Virus record (IMG/VR): IMGVR_UViG_3300028829_005568
Strand: one strand, 5' to 3'
DNA length: 64,000 bases
Origin: a virus
Made by a program: the position numbers and the translations under genes
Shown: positions 38,642 through 48,158 of the stretch, in pieces
Numbering within the stretch: the first letter of the stretch is position 1
Layout: every line of letters starts with the position of its first letter
Notes under the pieces: generated by a model
The model's database searches: none
Told to the model about the DNA's origin: nothing
What the model saw: the letters and a program-made list of their open reading frames with translations, nothing else

Positions 38642-39703
38642 TTATTTACTATATTTTTGATATAGCTGTGGGTTAGTCTGAAAATTTAAAAGTTGAGGAA
38701 GTTCAGTAAATTGTCCTACCTCTCCAATAAAATGTAAGGGTACTCTAATATCTGAAGGACCATCTCTGTTTTTAAGGACACATAATGATCTAAACCTATC
38801 TTTTAATTGCTTTATATTAAAACCTCTGAAGTTCTCTAATTCATGCCTTCTAGGACTAAAAAGTGATAAAATAACATTAGCATCTTGCTGAGTATTACCA
38901 CTATCTTTAAAATCACTTAGCTGAGGTTCTATTTTATCCATTTTCATTCTCTCAGAACTGGTATTTCCTCTACCAATCTGCTGTACAATTACTGGTGTAA
39001 ATCCGAAATTATTTCTCATAGGTATCATATATTCTGATAATTTATCTACTGTTTCTTTAGTAGTCATGCCTTGTTCTTTTTTTGATAAAGAAACATGGTC
39101 TACCATAATTATAGTATATAAATTGGGGTCATTAGGAATATAATAATCAAAAGCTTCTCCTTTTCTGCCTTCATCTGTTTTATATTTTTTAGTAACAAAT
39201 TTGCCATTTTTTTTAGCATAATTTATCATAAATTTATTAATACCTGTAGGATTTATAGCCCCATCAAATATTTCTAAAACATCTTCTAGCTCTTCAAAAT
39301 AATTTCTAAGAAGAATTACTTTATCATATACTTCTTGAGATACTCTATTTTTACCCCTAGATAAGACAAAATTAATATCAGTAATAATTGCATAATCAGT
39401 ATATAGTTTCTTACATATACCTTTAGTCATTTTTACTGTTTTATCAATCTCAAATGACCAATAGATCATTTTCATTTTCATCTTAGTTTTAGGATTATTT
39501 TTAATCCAATCATAAGGATTATACAAAAAACAATTATCTGCAAATGCAGTCTTACCTGTACCTGTCTCTCCACCGATTAAATAGTATGTCCCCTGTTGTA
39601 TATCAGGAACATAATCTACTAATCTATCAAAACCCATAGGTAATCCAATATTTAAACCTTGTTTACCTCTATCTATTTTATCTATTACTTGATCAAATAT
39701 CAT
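38642..39703 (-). CDS. DnaB-like (SF4) replicative helicase
   Basis: GGETGTGKT, IMVDHVSL, VIVQQIGR, DFKDSGNTQQDANV, LKNRDG. Confidence 0.85.
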   Translation of the reverse strand: MIFDQVIDKIDRGKQGLNIGLPMGFDRLVDYVPDIQQGTYYLIGGETGTGKTAFADNCFLYNPYDWIKNNPKTKMKMKMIYWSFEIDKTVKMTKGICKKLYTDYAIITDINFVLSRGKNRVSQEVYDKVILLRNYFEELEDVLEIFDGAINPTGINKFMINYAKKNGKFVTKKYKTDEGRKGEAFDYYIPNDPNLYTIIMVDHVSLSKKEQGMTTKETVDKLSEYMIPMRNNFGFTPVIVQQIGRGNTSSERMKMDKIEPQLSDFKDSGNTQQDANVILSLFSPRRHELENFRGFNIKQLKDRFRSLCVLKNRDGPSDIRVPLHFIGEVGQFTELPQLLNFQTNPQLYQKYSK

Positions 39704-40283
39704 CTGTCATTCCCCCACTATATATATTAACACTAGGATCTTCTAGATACATTTCAACATATTGATAAAGATAACTTTCTGTTTGTGGAGAACCTTTCCA
39801 TATAAAATGATCAGCTGCCTTTGAGTACATATATCTATCTTTTGCTTGTGAATTAAGATATAATTTAGTAGCATTCATAATAATATCTTTTGTCATTACT
39901 ACTTCTTTACTACTAAGCTCTTGAATAAATTTCTTCATTTTTATTACACAATGACGAAAAGTACCTTTAAGAGCCCTTCCTCCTATATTTTTAGAAGGAA
40001 ATAATTCTCTATAATCCTCTATCCAACTATTACACCCATCAGCTTCTTTTTGAATTTGTTTAGTATGTTCTGCTTTATATACTCCTAATACAGTTTTGGC
40101 TTTTCTTTTTAATTTTATACCATCTTCTATTAATTCTATAAAATCTCTCTCCACTAAATCATCTAAATCAACTTCAACTTCAACAGATACATAAAGATTG
40201 TCTTTATGTAATACAGAATATAAATAAACATACTCATCAGGTCTTAGGCCTTTATTGGCCAAGATTTTTAAATCAATTTCCAT
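39693..40283 (-). CDS. Hypothetical protein, possible helicase loader/initiator
   Basis: Overlaps the helicase start; N-terminal winged-helix-like pattern. Function inferred from position only. Confidence 0.45.
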   Translation of the reverse strand: MEIDLKILANKGLRPDEYVYLYSVLHKDNLYVSVEVEVDLDDLVERDFIELIEDGIKLKRKAKTVLGVYKAEHTKQIQKEADGCNSWIEDYRELFPSKNIGGRALKGTFRHCVIKMKKFIQELSSKEVVMTKDIIMNATKLYLNSQAKDRYMYSKAADHFIWKGSPQTESYLYQYVEMYLEDPSVNIYSGGMTDDI

Positions 40284-40543
40284 AAATTATTTATTTTTAA
40301 GAACGAAAATAGAATTTTATATTTTCTTTCCCCGATAGTAAATTTGCTTACTTCTTATATAAAACTCTTCTCTAGAGCCAAATATACGAAATATTAATAC
40401 ATATTTGCTATCCATTTTGGGATTTCTATATTTTTATTTTGTTCAGTTTCTTTTAAAATTTCCTTAGAAAGCCATATCTCAATCACTCCCTCTTTTGCTT
40501 TTATAATAACTTCTTTTTTTATTTTTCTTTCTTTTTTGTTCAT

Positions 40544-41713
40544 TTATTTAATTTTTTTAATACAATCATTAATATTATTATAGTAAATCATATTAAGGCT
40601 GTCAGTATCTTTAAACATATTATCAAACCATTTCTCCTCTTGAGTACCCATTGTCATGAAGATATATACATTTCCTAATGTACCATCATTCCTCATTCTA
40701 CCTATTCTCTGGATTAAATCTTTAGATTTACTGTAATAACTCATAATTATACATGTATCTAAATCCACTAAATTAGCTCCCTGCTTAAGCTTTTTGAAAC
40801 TCCCTATAAGATTAGTTTTCTTTTTATCAAAGTCTTCTCTAATCTTAATATTAGTCTTGTCATCATTATTAGATGAAACTACATTGGATGTTATCTTCTC
40901 TAAAGCCTCTAAACTATTACCAAATAGTATAGTACGTTTTTTCTTAATTTTAAGCTTTTCACAAAGTATTTTAGTAGCTTTACTTTTACTTTCTAAATTC
41001 CATAAAATTTTAGCCCTAGCTGCTGAACTAGTGCGTATCCTAAATAACTTAATATTTTCAGGCATATAAAATGCTTGAGCCATTTGTTTAGACCAATATT
41101 GATATGCTGACCATTCCGTTTGCATAAATGGTTTCTTCTTATTTCCAGCTTTAACATTTTTATTCTTCATATCAAGCTTATGCCTAATAACATGTATATT
41201 AAGTTTACGGCTAGTACCATCACGTTGTCCATCATCTATATTATAAGTATAACATATTGGTGCTACAATTTTAATCATATCACCTTTAGTTATCTCATTA
41301 TCTTCATCTGCCCATGCATTAGCATCTACAGTAGCTGATAATCCCAGTATATAACTAAACTGATTATTAGTATAAAATTCTGAATACTTAGTAGTCAAGC
41401 TATCATGAATTTCATCAGCTATAACAAGATCATACTTTTGCTTTTTCAATTTATAAGCTGACTGATAGCATAAAAAATCAACTTTATGGCTAACTTTCCA
41501 TTTTTTAGCCTCATTACGAAGTTCTTTTTCACGGTCCTTTACCTCAGCTAAGAATAATATTTTAGAAGCTTTAGGTAAAAGCTTTATAGCCTCCATAGCA
41601 ATTTTAGTTTTACCAAGACCAGTTATAATCTCAATAGTTCCTCTTTTATTATTCTTAATCCAAGCCTGCAGAGCTTCACTTTGTATTTGTTCTCTTTTCA
41701 ATATATTCTTCAT
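40544..41713 (-). CDS. Superfamily 2 helicase
   Basis: ITGLGKT, IADEIH, LGLSAT, GANL, IQRIGR. Confidence 0.85.
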   Translation of the reverse strand: MKNILKREQIQSEALQAWIKNNKRGTIEIITGLGKTKIAMEAIKLLPKASKILFLAEVKDREKELRNEAKKWKVSHKVDFLCYQSAYKLKKQKYDLVIADEIHDSLTTKYSEFYTNNQFSYILGLSATVDANAWADEDNEITKGDMIKIVAPICYTYNIDDGQRDGTSRKLNIHVIRHKLDMKNKNVKAGNKKKPFMQTEWSAYQYWSKQMAQAFYMPENIKLFRIRTSSAARAKILWNLESKSKATKILCEKLKIKKKRTILFGNSLEALEKITSNVVSSNNDDKTNIKIREDFDKKKTNLIGSFKKLKQGANLVDLDTCIIMSYYSKSKDLIQRIGRMRNDGTLGNVYIFMTMGTQEEKWFDNMFKDTDSLNMIYYNNINDCIKKIK

Positions 41714-41969
41714 ATAAATAATCTATTGGATGTTTAAATATTTCAGATGTTACAATAGTAGTAGCACCTGAATCCATATACCACTTTCCTATGTATTTTG
41801 GTAATATTACCATTGTTATGTATAACCAATTATTAGATTTATATTCTATAAAATCATTATAATGGATAAGTTCATCACTGTGCTCAATGACATTAGAAAC
41901 TCCCATGAAATTAATCATGAGAGCTCTAAGTTTATTTAACTGTCTTTCAGTCAAAGTCAATGTCATCAT
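41676..41969 (-). CDS. Hypothetical protein
   Basis: 97 aa, co-oriented, overlaps both neighbours. Confidence 0.45.
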   Translation of the reverse strand: MMTLTLTERQLNKLRALMINFMGVSNVIEHSDELIHYNDFIEYKSNNWLYITMVILPKYIGKWYMDSGATTIVTSEIFKHPIDYLYEEYIEKRTNTK

Positions 41970-43644
41970 TAACAGCAGTTACATTTGTTTCTACAGGATT
42001 TTCCCACCAATCATCATCATCTTCTTTTTCCTCAATGATCTCCTCATCAGCCTTATCTTCAATTATCTTTTCTTCGATAGTTTCTTCAGTTTTAATCATA
42101 TCAGCTTCTTCATCAGCCTTATTATCAGGAATAACTTCTACTTCTTCTAACTTATCCCAATCATCGTCTTCTTCTTGGTTTAAATTATTAGTTGGTGTAA
42201 ATTGATGCCCTCCTTCTACGCCTTCAATAGAATGAGGTAAGTCATCATTAGTGCATTTATCTTCAGTAGGAATAATAGATAATTCTTCTAAAGCTTCTGT
42301 AACTCCTTCTATTAATTCTTCATTATCAGGAACTGTTTCAGAAATACCATATGCTGCTGGATTATTTTTCAAATCTTCTTCTGCATCTAATTCTGTAGCA
42401 TCAATAATATTAATATTAGGATTATCATTAATACCTTTCATAACTACTTTACATAGCGGAAATGATATATCAAGAATATCTTGATTAATTAAATTTCCAT
42501 AAGTATTTTTAATAACTTTATTAGCTAAAGAAAGAGCTACTGATTGAATAGATGATATAACATTCATATCTAATTGAGAATATTTATGTAAAAATTCTAT
42601 TTTTGTTTCCTCAGTATAATCATAATATATATCTAATCCACTAGATTCTCTAAAAGTTTTAAAATTAACAGAATTATATGCTGAATTATACCTCATAGTC
42701 TGATTAAACACTTTCATAATATCAAAGACATATACAGCTGATTTTTCTATATTACAATTGGCTAAAACTTCCATAGCTAAAGTATGATTATCCTTATCTG
42801 TTGATTTGAATAAATTACACATTTGATCATACATATCTTCATCAATTTCTGGACTAGCATCTTGAAGAGATTTATTAATAGCTGTATCTAAATAGTAAGA
42901 GCTATCATTGCCGTTTAATGTATTTTCTATAACATCTGATATAAAATCTTCTTTGAATACTTTTGTATAAACATTACAAGGATAATATTCTTCAGGTAGT
43001 GAAATAGGATCTATTAACGGCTCTTCCCAAGTAGTTTTATAAATTTTATAAACATCTTTATAGTCAAAAATAGGAAAACTAATATAATTTTTTTGAATAT
43101 CTGAATAACCTAATAATTTCATATTATCGGCCAGTAATAGTGTATGAAAACTATAATTTATATATATTTTCTCATTATTATCTACTAAATCATTAAACAT
43201 ATCAAGACTTTCTTTTTCCCAATTATTATAATTTATTTCACTTAAATTATATCTATCAAAATCTTCAGAATGATGGTCTATCCATAATTTAATCATATTA
43301 GCGGGAACGTCATAAAAACTTCCTATTCCTTCTATATATTTATCAGAATTTGAAGATATAAATTTATGAGTACCATTAGTTTCTTTAATAGTAACAGATA
43401 CTCCTAATGATTTCCACATCTCTCGTATTTTAAATCTTGGAACAGTACATCCAGTAAAAAGATATAATCTATCTTTTTTACAAGGAGTATATTTTTTAGA
43501 TTCTAAAATTTCATATGCTTCTGATAACTTTTTTTCGTCTACTACTTTTAAAATAGATATATCTATAGTAGTTGGGTCTACCTGATTGGACCAACTACTT
43601 CCTTTACTTAAATTAAGTACTAAAATATTTTTAATTATTGACAT
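41947..43644 (-). CDS. Hypothetical protein with possible N-terminal BRCT-like domain and acidic tail
   Basis: LYLFTGCTVPRFK...THKFIS resembles a BRCT start; very acidic C-terminus; adjacent to the MoxR/VWA pair. Confidence 0.55.
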   Translation of the reverse strand: MSIIKNILVLNLSKGSSWSNQVDPTTIDISILKVVDEKKLSEAYEILESKKYTPCKKDRLYLFTGCTVPRFKIREMWKSLGVSVTIKETNGTHKFISSNSDKYIEGIGSFYDVPANMIKLWIDHHSEDFDRYNLSEINYNNWEKESLDMFNDLVDNNEKIYINYSFHTLLLADNMKLLGYSDIQKNYISFPIFDYKDVYKIYKTTWEEPLIDPISLPEEYYPCNVYTKVFKEDFISDVIENTLNGNDSSYYLDTAINKSLQDASPEIDEDMYDQMCNLFKSTDKDNHTLAMEVLANCNIEKSAVYVFDIMKVFNQTMRYNSAYNSVNFKTFRESSGLDIYYDYTEETKIEFLHKYSQLDMNVISSIQSVALSLANKVIKNTYGNLINQDILDISFPLCKVVMKGINDNPNINIIDATELDAEEDLKNNPAAYGISETVPDNEELIEGVTEALEELSIIPTEDKCTNDDLPHSIEGVEGGHQFTPTNNLNQEEDDDWDKLEEVEVIPDNKADEEADMIKTEETIEEKIIEDKADEEIIEEKEDDDDWWENPVETNVTAVNDDIDFD

Positions 43645-43789
43645 ATTTTTGTTTTTATTATTATTATTAAATAACAGAATCCGGCTTTAATATTATTTCT
43701 CCACGAATAGTTGCCTTACGGTACTTATAGGGAAAATTTTCACGCACTCGGTTTTATTATGTGCTGGCTTCATCTGTTATTATAATTAT

Positions 43790-44986
43790 TTATCTGGTAA
43801 TCATTGCCATTACCTTTGGATTCATCATATATTTAGACCATTTTTGTTTGTTACTTGCTACTAATTGAGAAGCAATAGTATAACGTAAATCATCTGTAAA
43901 GATATTATCTGTAGTAGTTAGCATTATAATCCTTTCATTAATTTTAGGATCAATAGGATTTTTGCTTGCATACTTTATAGTATAGTTAGTTAAACGTGTT
44001 GCTAATACAGAAGCAATATCTGCTCTATAATTATTATCAACATATAAAGCATTTGTAAGTTCTAGTGTGATATCATCTTCAGTTCCTTCTAGTAACATTC
44101 TTTTAGGAGTTACTAGTTTATCAAGATTATTATTAATAAATGTAGTAAACATTGTAGAAAACTCTCCCCCAACTGAACCTTCACCAATAAGTTGTATCAT
44201 TGGTAAATTACTTTCAAAATCTGAAAAACTAGAGATACTATTAAAAAATGTACTTGCACATCTAGAATTAATATCTTTTTGTATAACTTCAGGGTGCATT
44301 AATAAGAAGTTAATACATCTTCCATCCATACCAGAATTTTCAGCCCATTCAGCCCAACAATCTACATCAAACTGTATAGAAGTATTAACCATCCTAGTTT
44401 TTTGTGCAGGATCCATAGCTTGTACAAAGTAATCTCCATTATCAGGATTAGTACTTAAGAATATATGCCAATTCTTTGGAAGTTTCCAAGAAATATACTC
44501 TTGTTTCTGTATTAGCTCCATACAAGCTTGTTGAAACCTACTATCAGCACGAGAATAGTCATCTAACAATAATATACCTCCCGGTTTTTTACCTTCTATC
44601 CACTCTGGAGAGCAATAAGACATTTGAGACTTACCAGTAGCTAAAAGGCCACGATCTTTATAAGTTTGTACTAATTGCTCATTAATCCATTTTTTAGCCC
44701 ATATAGGATTTTCTTTAGTGCCTTTATTTTTAGCCATTTCAAATTGTCTAATAGGAAATCCTACTAAATCTCCCAGTTCTTCAATTTGTGCTAAATTAAG
44801 TTTTACTAAATCTAATTCTAATTCTTCAGCTAATTGTTCAATTGCACTGGTTTTACCTATACCAGCTTCTCCTTCAACATTAACAGCAATAGGATGCATT
44901 CCTTTTTCCTGTATATGTTGATTATTTTTTACAAAGTGTTTAAGATAGTCTTTTAGTTCTTTGATATTTAATTTAGTTTCTGCCAT
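43790..44986 (-). CDS. MoxR-like AAA+ ATPase
   Basis: GEAGIGKT, LLDDYSRA, STNP, DPAQKTR. Confidence 0.85.
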   Translation of the reverse strand: MAETKLNIKELKDYLKHFVKNNQHIQEKGMHPIAVNVEGEAGIGKTSAIEQLAEELELDLVKLNLAQIEELGDLVGFPIRQFEMAKNKGTKENPIWAKKWINEQLVQTYKDRGLLATGKSQMSYCSPEWIEGKKPGGILLLDDYSRADSRFQQACMELIQKQEYISWKLPKNWHIFLSTNPDNGDYFVQAMDPAQKTRMVNTSIQFDVDCWAEWAENSGMDGRCINFLLMHPEVIQKDINSRCASTFFNSISSFSDFESNLPMIQLIGEGSVGGEFSTMFTTFINNNLDKLVTPKRMLLEGTEDDITLELTNALYVDNNYRADIASVLATRLTNYTIKYASKNPIDPKINERIIMLTTTDNIFTDDLRYTIASQLVASNKQKWSKYMMNPKVMAMITR

Positions 44987-45008
44987 TTTGTTTTGTTTTA
45001 TTTTTTGG

Positions 45009-46202
45009 TTAATTTAATTTTATACATTTTCCAGGTAAACTATTATTAAGGCTACTCTTAGAACTCATTACCCATAAAGTTCTACCTCTTGGTGGTGTAG
45101 TAGGATTAGGTGCTTCTCCATCAGTAAGATATATTAAACAACTATATTTCCGTATATCTTTATTAAAATAATCTACTACTGGTGTAAAAGAAGTACCTCC
45201 ACGTCCATGAATTTTATGTTCAACTCCTTTTTTATAAGGAGATATATCTACAATTTCAGTATCACATTGTATAACAGTAATATCAGTTCCAGTTTTATTT
45301 ATATGTTCTATTTCTCCAAAAAATTCTACTAGTTCTTCACTACTTACAGAGCCTGAAGTGTCTATTCCTACTAATACATGACGTTTAGGTTTAATTTTTA
45401 AACCAGGATTTTCCTCGTACCTTTTATTTAGTTTACGTTTTAATTTTTTAGTATAAATTTTAGTACCCCCACCTGCAAAACGTCTTAAATAACCTCTCCA
45501 GTCAAACTTAGGAGGCTCAGGGTTAAGAAGTCTATGAATTAATTCTTGTAACTCTCCAGGAATATTTCCTCTAGATTTTACAGTAGAAGCAGTCTGTTGA
45601 ATTTGATATTCAGCTTGTTTTTGGATCATTTTTTTCTCTGCTTCCGATAAATCATTAAATTCTTCCCATGTAGTATGATTATCTCCTTGCATCCCTTCAC
45701 CACTACCTTTACCACACATATTTTCTTTAAGCTCTTCAGTAATACCAGATCCTGGGCCATTATTATTTTCATCTTTTTGTAACATTTTATAATAATAATG
45801 TGTTCCTGCTTTTTCTTCAAGGTATAATCCAGCTTTATGGTATTCTTTTATATCTATACAGCCTTTAGGTAACCAATCTTTTTCTATATATTGATTAATT
45901 TCCATATCTGCAGCTATATTAAATAACTTATGGTCTGGATATTTACCATCTCTCATAGTTATATGATTAAAGGCTATATGTAATAATTCATGTTTAATAA
46001 TGCCTTTCATTTTATCATTATCTAATGTATCCCAAAATTTAGGAGATATAGTAAGTTGGAATCCAATACCATTTTTACTAACACCTGCTGTCATTACTCT
46101 GTCATCCCAAACTTTATTTAAAGTCATTGAAAAAAGCCCATAAAAAGGCTCTTTAATCATAAGATTTTTTATAGCTATTGCTAATTTTTGTTCGTTTTCC
46201 AT
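45009..46202 (-). CDS. Metallopeptidase + VWA domain protein (DUF2201-like)
   Basis: HELLH, NIAADMEIN, MIDAS DTSGS, GGTSF, YLTDG. Confidence 0.85.
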   Translation of the reverse strand: MENEQKLAIAIKNLMIKEPFYGLFSMTLNKVWDDRVMTAGVSKNGIGFQLTISPKFWDTLDNDKMKGIIKHELLHIAFNHITMRDGKYPDHKLFNIAADMEINQYIEKDWLPKGCIDIKEYHKAGLYLEEKAGTHYYYKMLQKDENNNGPGSGITEELKENMCGKGSGEGMQGDNHTTWEEFNDLSEAEKKMIQKQAEYQIQQTASTVKSRGNIPGELQELIHRLLNPEPPKFDWRGYLRRFAGGGTKIYTKKLKRKLNKRYEENPGLKIKPKRHVLVGIDTSGSVSSEELVEFFGEIEHINKTGTDITVIQCDTEIVDISPYKKGVEHKIHGRGGTSFTPVVDYFNKDIRKYSCLIYLTDGEAPNPTTPPRGRTLWVMSSKSSLNNSLPGKCIKLN

Positions 46203-46425
46203 AATACTATTATTTATTAACTATTCCCCATAGCAATACTGCCACAAATACTATTAATCCAAAAATACCAACACCTCTCCACATTATTTTTTGTACTCTG
46301 TCAGAATATTCTTTAAATTCTAGATCTTTGTTTTTCCAAAATTCTTTTTCTTTCTTTTGAAATTCTTTTTTTACTTCATCTTGGTTCATATCTCTATTAT
46401 TATGCTTTCCTGTTCATCTCCAGGG

Positions 46426-46821
46426 TCACTGATTATTATTTTCATTTTCTTTATTTTTAACTATTTCTATTAGTTTTCTAAGACAAGCTAGTTCTGCTAC
46501 CTCATAGTGATTATCACCATCCACCTCTTTTCTACTATAAGATAGAACTTCCATTTTAGGTGTTACTCGTTTAAACGCTGTAAAATGTTCTTCGTTTTGG
46601 GTATTTATTCTGATTTTATATTTCTCCCTAAACCATCTAAACGCTTGTTGGTATAATGGAGCTTGTGCTACATTAACATACTGTATATCACATGGACTTT
46701 GGAAAAATTCTCCATCTTCTAAATTTCGGTCTTTATCACTATAACTAGCCATAGTAGGTTCTTCAAACCCTAACTCTTTTAAAGCTACCGCTTCTTCGTA
46801 TGGTATAAATTCTTTACTCAT
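46426..46821 (-). CDS. Hypothetical phage protein
   Basis: MSKEFIPYEEAVALKELGF...APLYQQAFRWFREK; start moved to ATG 46821. Confidence 0.6.
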   Translation of the reverse strand: MSKEFIPYEEAVALKELGFEEPTMASYSDKDRNLEDGEFFQSPCDIQYVNVAQAPLYQQAFRWFREKYKIRINTQNEEHFTAFKRVTPKMEVLSYSRKEVDGDNHYEVAELACLRKLIEIVKNKENENNNQ

Positions 46822-47044
46822 CTTCTTTTGTTTTAAATCAATCCTCATCATAATAATCAGTATAATCTAACATTATATTTTCTAATTCTTCATTAAGTAG
46901 ATTAAGGTATTCTTCATTTAAATTACTTTCTTCTACTATACTCATTAAAAATTTTAATTTTTTTACAAACTCTTTTTTTTCTTTATTCATTTTCTTTATT
47001 TTTATTATATTAAACATTAAAAATCTCTTAACTTTATATGCCCT

Positions 47045-47445
47045 CCACCTCTTAGCTAATGCTATGGTATTTTGACTTACTAGGATATCTTTTTATGTTA
47101 TCTTCCAAACAACCTAATCCAGAGCCCTCTAGAAAGGTGAGACTTTTAATATTTAATAATGATTATAGAGTAATTATAAGCCAGAGCATCTACCTCAGAA
47201 CCTTTTTTCCATAAGTTCTTTACCTCCATGATTAGCTTATAACTTTGTGAAAGGCTCAATCATCCCTAATATTACTTAAGGGTATATTCACATTTTCCTG
47301 TGTAATTGTTACCGCTGGGTTGCTCATCACTCTTCATCTCTTTACCAAAGTACCGACACTATACTCCATTAGAAGTCTATAGTGGTTTCCCTACCAAGAT
47401 ATCCGCAAGCTTAACATAACATTGCCCTAACATACACAAAGACTC
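47045..47445 (-). ncRNA. Candidate structured non-coding RNA, family unknown
   Basis: No ORF of 60 aa or more; visibly higher GC than flanks; series of hairpins (see findings). Strand inferred from flanking genes. Confidence 0.45.
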
Positions 47446-47448
47446 TAT

Positions 47449-47691
47449 TTATTTTTTTATATACTCATCTAAATTTAAAAATCCACAACCGTATGCACAC
47501 CATACTTGTGTCCAGGATTCTCCTGGATTTTCTATGTGCATAAACTGTCCTCCCTCAGACTTACAACTAGGACAAATATCTCCTCCATCAGTTGTATAAT
47601 AATGTATAGTTTTTTGATGAAGAGTGACACCTTCTTTAATGTCATCTTCATCAAGTTCTATCTCTTCTATTAATTCTTTATACCAAGTCAT
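47449..47691 (-). CDS. Hypothetical Zn-finger-like protein
   Basis: CPSC...CAYGC. Confidence 0.5.
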   Translation of the reverse strand: MTWYKELIEEIELDEDDIKEGVTLHQKTIHYYTTDGGDICPSCKSEGGQFMHIENPGESWTQVWCAYGCGFLNLDEYIKK

Positions 47692-48146
47692 GAGTACACG
47701 GTTTTAGTATATAATCCCCATAACACACTGACATAACTTTTAATTTTACCAGAGTTATAACTCCCATGCTTAATTAAATTACTTTGTGCTTTATGAAGGT
47801 CATCAACCTTTTTAGGTTTCTTTACCTTAGCTTTAGGCATAGTAGCAATAAACTTTTGCTCTAAGTTTTTCCTTTCTAATTTTCTTCTTTGATAAGAAGC
47901 TTGATTATATGTATGAAGATTATCTAGAGTCTTAACTGTAGTATCTATAGTACATACAGGACTAACCCAATGATAAGTTCTACCTAGTTTCTTCATTACT
48001 CCTCCATTACATAATATTGTCCCCATACTTGTAGAGCATTTATGCTCTTTTATAAGAGCCATAAATTCTTTAGAAGTTAACTTTTTCTTCTTAGCTATTA
48101 CTTTTAATAGCTTATAATATTTATTTAATCTTTCCCCTTTTTTCAT
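47688..48146 (-). CDS. Hypothetical basic protein
   Basis: 152 aa, Lys-rich, overlaps the next gene by 4 bp. Confidence 0.5.
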   Translation of the reverse strand: MKKGERLNKYYKLLKVIAKKKKLTSKEFMALIKEHKCSTSMGTILCNGGVMKKLGRTYHWVSPVCTIDTTVKTLDNLHTYNQASYQRRKLERKNLEQKFIATMPKAKVKKPKKVDDLHKAQSNLIKHGSYNSGKIKSYVSVLWGLYTKTVYS

Positions 48147-48158
48147 TTTGTTTTATTT

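Noticed and set aside
43673-43690. acagaatccggcttt resembles the RNase P RNA 3' motif
   Set aside because: No GAGGAAAGUCC 5' motif upstream, and the upstream DNA is coding on the opposite strand.
43690-43781. Hammerhead-like CAGAUGA...GAAA on the - strand
   Set aside because: Core differs from CUGANGA, and stems I-III cannot be formed adjacent to the core.
47045-47445. CsrB-like sponge because of about ten GGA motifs
   Set aside because: The count is near expectation for a purine-rich strand, and CsrA is not a typical Bacteroidota regulator.
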